64,000 bases of DNA from Candidatus Poribacteria bacterium. Lineage in GTDB: Bacteria > Poribacteria > WGA-4E > WGA-3G. The notes under the pieces are model-generated. The model was not told where the DNA came from. It did not search any database and saw nothing but the letters and a program-made list of their open reading frames with translations. The stretch is taken from NCBI GenBank assembly GCA_965198235.1, contig OZ240248.1:3552001-3616000 (forward strand), in the 5' to 3' direction. A program made the translations under genes and the position numbers. Shown here one piece after another: positions 59,710 through 64,000 of this stretch (positions are counted from its first letter, which is position 1; every line of letters starts with the position of its first letter).

Positions 59710-60474
59710 GATTTTTCTCCTTCTTCATTTCTTAGAACACTGTAAATCTCAATTCACTTCTCTAACTTTGGTACTATTTTAACGTTCAATTGCTGTATTC
59801 GTTACTTTAGTCAGATTTTGTGGAAAAAAGTTCGTTTTTTTAATTTAAAGAGGAACTGATAAATATTAATTGGTCTCACGTAGGTTGAGTAGAGTGTAGC
59901 GAAACCCATAGGTGTCAATTTAGGGCTGTAGGGACTGATGCGTAATTTCACAGTTTTCATAGCAAACCGGAAAAATGCCAGATTTGAAGACAGAGTATAA
60001 ACCTACGCAATGACTGGGTTTTGAGCAATTTCCACGCAAAGGTTCTTCGAGGGTTGCTATGAAATTTCATAGCTGAGCCGTCAATCATCCGCAGGAGCGG
60101 AAGCATCGCTGAATGCTACAGAAGCGGACAGTCGGGACGAGTGATCGGCATTTGTAGATGAGTTGGTATGGTTTCAATGCATCGTGTTAATATAATTTTA
60201 TCACATTGTTTTTTCACGGAGGCAGTGCATGTTCGTTGTTGGGAACCCACGGACCGCCTGACTCGAAAAAATCCTCCGTGAAGCCTCCGTGAATTGTGGC
60301 TATTGGGTATCAGTAACCCCCCTAACCCCCCTTATCAGGGGGGAATGAGTTAGGAGTCGGGAATCGGAGATCCCTCCTACAAAAGAATGGTGGTCAATTG
60401 GGTTCACTTCGTTCAAACTAACCTGCAACGTGAGAGAGTCGGGGTTACAAACCCCTCCCACAAGAAGGGGTCCC

Positions 60475-63400
60475 CTACAACGTAGGCAAATTTTTCACAA
60501 TCTCCACCGTTTTCAGGCTGACGGTGATGACACGCGCAATCAGATCCACGATATACCGCGGCTCCGATTCACGGTTCGGGTCGTTGACTATCCTGCTCCG
60601 TTTGTCCGTCTTGACGCGGTACTGATCTACCACCCACTCCAACGCCGAGCGATTGCCAAGCCGATACTCGGACACCTCTGCAGGGATACCGTCCAGCGTC
60701 AGGAAATCGTTGTATACCAATTGCGTCTTGTCTTTGGAGAGTTTCATCTTCTCAACCCGCCAATCGACCGTCATCCCTTCTGTTTCAATGTATTTCAGTC
60801 CGTCATATTTGGGAGCGGATTCATAGTTGACGTGAAGGTCTGCTAACGCCGCGCCTGCAGTGGCGAATCCCCAGAAGTCTTTGGCGAACGGGATATGTGG
60901 CAAGTCGCGCTTGAGGTTCATCTGATACTTCTCGCGATAGGTGGGGTGGTGCAAGAGACCGTAGTTGTAGTGGAAGATGTCCCACTTGGTGATGGTGTCA
61001 TCGCCGTAACGGGTTCGGAATTCCGCCAGTGCCCAATCGGTGATGTTCTCTTGTCGATTGGTGCCGTCTTCGTCGTAGGTGTAGAAGGGGAAGCATTGGG
61101 AATCACCTGTTATATGGAGATCAGGAATTACATTAACCATCAATGTATGAAAGGATAATTTTGTTCCTGGGGGGCTAACACAAATGGCTCGATTTTCCGT
61201 TTTTGATGTTGGAAAAATAGATGGGAAGAGGTAAACACAATTATTCAATACTCGGTCGAAGAACAGATTTGATCTTGTGAAAGGTCGATAGAGTGCTACT
61301 CGCATTTTGTCTTGAGTGAACTCGACAGGTTTACCGCGCTGCAGATGTTGACGTAATTCCCGATCCCATTTAATTTTCGTCAAATCCACTTCTACAAAAT
61401 CAATGGCGTTTGCCTGTTGGTTTTCCCGATGTTCCCACCGAAGGACTTGCAGTCTGTAATACTCAATTGTCTGCTGAACATTTTCAGAAAGGTTGCTTTG
61501 GTCGAAGTTGTAAACCCATGCATCGCGGTTAGTTTTAACACCTGCACTATAGGTTTTGGAAATCACATCCACCACTGCGCCTTTTACTGCCTTCGCTTCC
61601 TTCGTTCCCATCGGAATAAAGGTATCAAACTCGGCGTGGAGTCCTTCCGTCAGCCACGTATATCGACTGTCAGGCGTTATCTGTTGCCAGTCAATGTTTT
61701 GATAATGTTCCTTTGAATTGAGATAGTGATACTTCTCTTCCTTCCGCCAAAATTCATCAACACGAGTGTAAAAGATTTCGGCGGTTTTCAAGACAGGTTT
61801 TGAATCTGTGTCGATAGCATTTTTCTTCACGAAAAGGTTGATACTCACTCCGACCTGAATTCCAAAAACATTATGTGTTGTTCCCGACAACTTCGGATTT
61901 TGACGGACGTTTCCACCGAGATCCAGAATGTAAATCGCATCGAAATCGTCTGTGAGGTGTTTCCGCATCCCGTCAAACGCCATACCATCAAGGAAACCGT
62001 TGTTCGTCACGAAGGCAATAACTCCTTCCTCTCGAATTCGTTTTGATGCCCACCGAATCGCCTTCACATACGGGTCATAGAGGGCATTTTTGAGCGTTGC
62101 TTTGGAATCTGCAGCGTAAGTTTCCGTAATCCGTGCGTCCATTACCTTGTATTTCCGATTCCTGTTGTTGTCGCTGTCATTAACCTGCGCCATGTTATAA
62201 GGCGGATTCCCAATGACGACGAACATATCCGCCACCTTCTGTCGCTCCACCCGTTCTGTGTTTTCCTGTGTGAACATAATATGCTGCTGCTGTCCTTCAA
62301 ACAACTCAAACGTGTCCGCAAGTGCGATCCCTTCAAACGGCAGATACGTCCCCATCCGTTGGAAGTACTCCTGTTCGATGTTCAGGCTGGCGATGTAGTA
62401 GGGTAGGAGCATCACCTCGTTGCAGTGGAGTTCATGGCGGTATTTCGCCTCCAACGCCGTGCCTTGGATGTCCTGCATGAGACGGACGATGAAGTTCCCC
62501 GTCCCGACGAACGGATCGATGATATGCACGCCGGTATCCGACAGCGACCGACTGAACTCGGTTTCCAAGATGTGTGCCACGCTGTTCACCATGAAATCGA
62601 CGATCGGTTGCGGTGTGTAGACGATGCCGTGTGTATCCGCTACGTCCTCGGAGAACCCCTGAAAGAACTTCTCGTAGAACGTGTTGAGGAAGTGCTGTTT
62701 TTGGGAGAAGTCCTTGCAGAGCGTCGCGGCTTGTTCAATAGCGACGTAGAATCGGTTCAACGGTCCAAGAAACTCGTCACGGCTCATAGACTGCCGCATC
62801 AACACGTCGCTGACGTTTTCAATCTCGCGTGCGATGATGTTTCGACGCGTGAAGTCCGACCGCTCAAAGACGGTGCGGAAGATGCGTTCGGTGAGGATAT
62901 GTTGGATGAGCATCTCCTCGACGGCATCCTGTGAGAGTTCCGGGTTGATGGAAGTGCGGCAGGTTTCGTAAAAATCGGTGAACGCTTTTTTGAAGTCTGG
63001 ATCGGTTTCGTGGCGTTGCTCGATCCGTTCTTTCAACTCGCTTGCGAGGTCTGGGACGTGTTCTCTGAAATCCGAGACGGCAGTCTGCCAATTGTCGAGT
63101 GCGGGCGCGGTGTAGGAGAACAGGAATTGGAGTGCCGCAATCAGATTTGCGGGTTCGGTGATGTCGAGATCCAGCACCTCATATCCGTTCTGGTAGAGGA
63201 TGGCGCGCTGCGGGTTTTGGAAAAGAATATTGTCGAGTGGGTAACCTGCCTCGCGCTTGTCAATTACGGCTTTGGCGAGGTCGTCATCCATATCCTTTGC
63301 TTCCCAGTAGGCGAACGGGAGTCCGTATTCGTCGATGATGGTGCCGTCGATGACGATACGGTTGCCTTTCGGGGCGCGCATCGGGTATTGGGGGACGAAG

Positions 63401-63555
63401 GTGGCGTTCATCTGCTTCGCACAGGTGTGTAGGAGTGTATCGAAAGGGGAGCTGACCGCGCCTTCGTGTGTGATGCTTTGTTGTTCGTATTGCTGCAGTG
63501 TGGCGTAGTAGTCTCGGGCTGCTTTGTGATTGGGTTTGAGGTTGAGTTGCGGCAT
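60475..63555 (-). CDS. Single-chain restriction-modification enzyme (nuclease + N6-adenine MTase + Type ISP-like specificity domain), no helicase
   Basis: IDG...WEAK nuclease, GIVYTPQPIVDF, DPFVGTGNF, GNPPY, GVKTNRDAW, YRPF, SQCFPFY, YRLGNRSALEWVVDQY. Confidence 0.88.
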   Translation of the reverse strand: MPQLNLKPNHKAARDYYATLQQYEQQSITHEGAVSSPFDTLLHTCAKQMNATFVPQYPMRAPKGNRIVIDGTIIDEYGLPFAYWEAKDMDDDLAKAVIDKREAGYPLDNILFQNPQRAILYQNGYEVLDLDITEPANLIAALQFLFSYTAPALDNWQTAVSDFREHVPDLASELKERIEQRHETDPDFKKAFTDFYETCRTSINPELSQDAVEEMLIQHILTERIFRTVFERSDFTRRNIIAREIENVSDVLMRQSMSRDEFLGPLNRFYVAIEQAATLCKDFSQKQHFLNTFYEKFFQGFSEDVADTHGIVYTPQPIVDFMVNSVAHILETEFSRSLSDTGVHIIDPFVGTGNFIVRLMQDIQGTALEAKYRHELHCNEVMLLPYYIASLNIEQEYFQRMGTYLPFEGIALADTFELFEGQQQHIMFTQENTERVERQKVADMFVVIGNPPYNMAQVNDSDNNRNRKYKVMDARITETYAADSKATLKNALYDPYVKAIRWASKRIREEGVIAFVTNNGFLDGMAFDGMRKHLTDDFDAIYILDLGGNVRQNPKLSGTTHNVFGIQVGVSINLFVKKNAIDTDSKPVLKTAEIFYTRVDEFWRKEEKYHYLNSKEHYQNIDWQQITPDSRYTWLTEGLHAEFDTFIPMGTKEAKAVKGAVVDVISKTYSAGVKTNRDAWVYNFDQSNLSENVQQTIEYYRLQVLRWEHRENQQANAIDFVEVDLTKIKWDRELRQHLQRGKPVEFTQDKMRVALYRPFTRSNLFFDRVLNNCVYLFPSIFPTSKTENRAICVSPPGTKLSFHTLMVNVIPDLHITGDSQCFPFYTYDEDGTNRQENITDWALAEFRTRYGDDTITKWDIFHYNYGLLHHPTYREKYQMNLKRDLPHIPFAKDFWGFATAGAALADLHVNYESAPKYDGLKYIETEGMTVDWRVEKMKLSKDKTQLVYNDFLTLDGIPAEVSEYRLGNRSALEWVVDQYRVKTDKRSRIVNDPNRESEPRYIVDLIARVITVSLKTVEIVKNLPTL

Positions 63556-63863
63556 AGGGGTATGATAGCAGGTTTGGGAGATACGTCAACGGAAAATGGC
63601 AATCAGCAATCAGCGATCTCGTAGGTTGGGTAGAGCACAGCGAAACCCAACAATTTGCTGGCAGCTATCCAAAATCTGCATCATCTGTGTCATCCGCGAT
63701 TCAGACAAACACCGGTGCGGTTAGGAAACCGCCACGTGTAGGAGCGAGCTGTGCTCGCGATGTTTCCTGATTGCTGACAGCCATCGAAAATAAAGACATG
63801 ATTTTTCATGAAATATGTGTTATACTCAAATTAATAAGCTTTTGTGGCGAATAAGGAGTTAAC

Positions 63864-64000
63864 ATGTTGAATGAAATACAAACTGCTCAAGATATATGGC
63901 CGCAACTGGCTTCTATTGTATTTGTTCCGCAGACAGAGAGTGATTATCAGTACCTCTCTGCTTTGCGAAACGACTTAATAGATCTCATCGGTGAAAACGA
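63864..64000 (+). CDS. HigA-like antitoxin/HTH regulator, 3' partial
   Basis: RBS AAGGAG. MLNEIQTAQDIWPQLASIVFVPQTESDYQYLSALRNDLIDLIGEN resembles HigA N-termini. Confidence 0.55.
   Translation, partial: MLNEIQTAQDIWPQLASIVFVPQTESDYQYLSALRNDLIDLIGEN

Noticed and set aside
1-64000. Genome-wide UGA reassignment (genetic code 4 or 25)
   Set aside because: mutS2, dnaG, truA, the SDR and others end at TGA at their expected C-termini.

Overview
Bacterial chromosomal window of roughly 50% GC. Gene content suggests Candidatus Poribacteria or a relative (inference): LamG and beta-propeller proteins ending in a TWGxLK motif, dockerin proteins, four PhyH-type dioxygenases, a DUF6785/6784-type membrane protein and dense short intergenic repeats. 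Housekeeping genes are mutS2, dnaG-rpoD-tRNA-Ile2(CAU)-tRNA-Val(CAC), hisC, ispG, uppP, hisD, murA, truA and an RluD-type synthase. Best signal: two tandem paralogous genes (28603-30231 and 30356-30964, minus strand) that the ORF track splits at an in-frame TGA. Read through, each encodes signal peptide + dockerin (+ Ig-like stalk in one) + thioredoxin, with the TGA exactly at the first Cys of the CxxC motif (UPFC, UAFC) and a SECIS-like hairpin just 3' of it. These are probable secreted dockerin-bearing selenothioredoxins, and the scar of their duplication is visible. Also present: an amidohydrolase pair plus Rieske ferredoxin resembling AibH1/H2/G dinuclear monooxygenases; a fused MNT-HEPN gene; a helicase-less Type IIG/ISP-like restriction-modification enzyme; an enolase-superfamily gene with a premature TAA; a duplicated sigma54-like promoter before murA; and nested REP, MITE and heptamer-armed hairpin repeats, one of which sits in frame inside a gene. 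All calls come from motif reading only, with no database searches.
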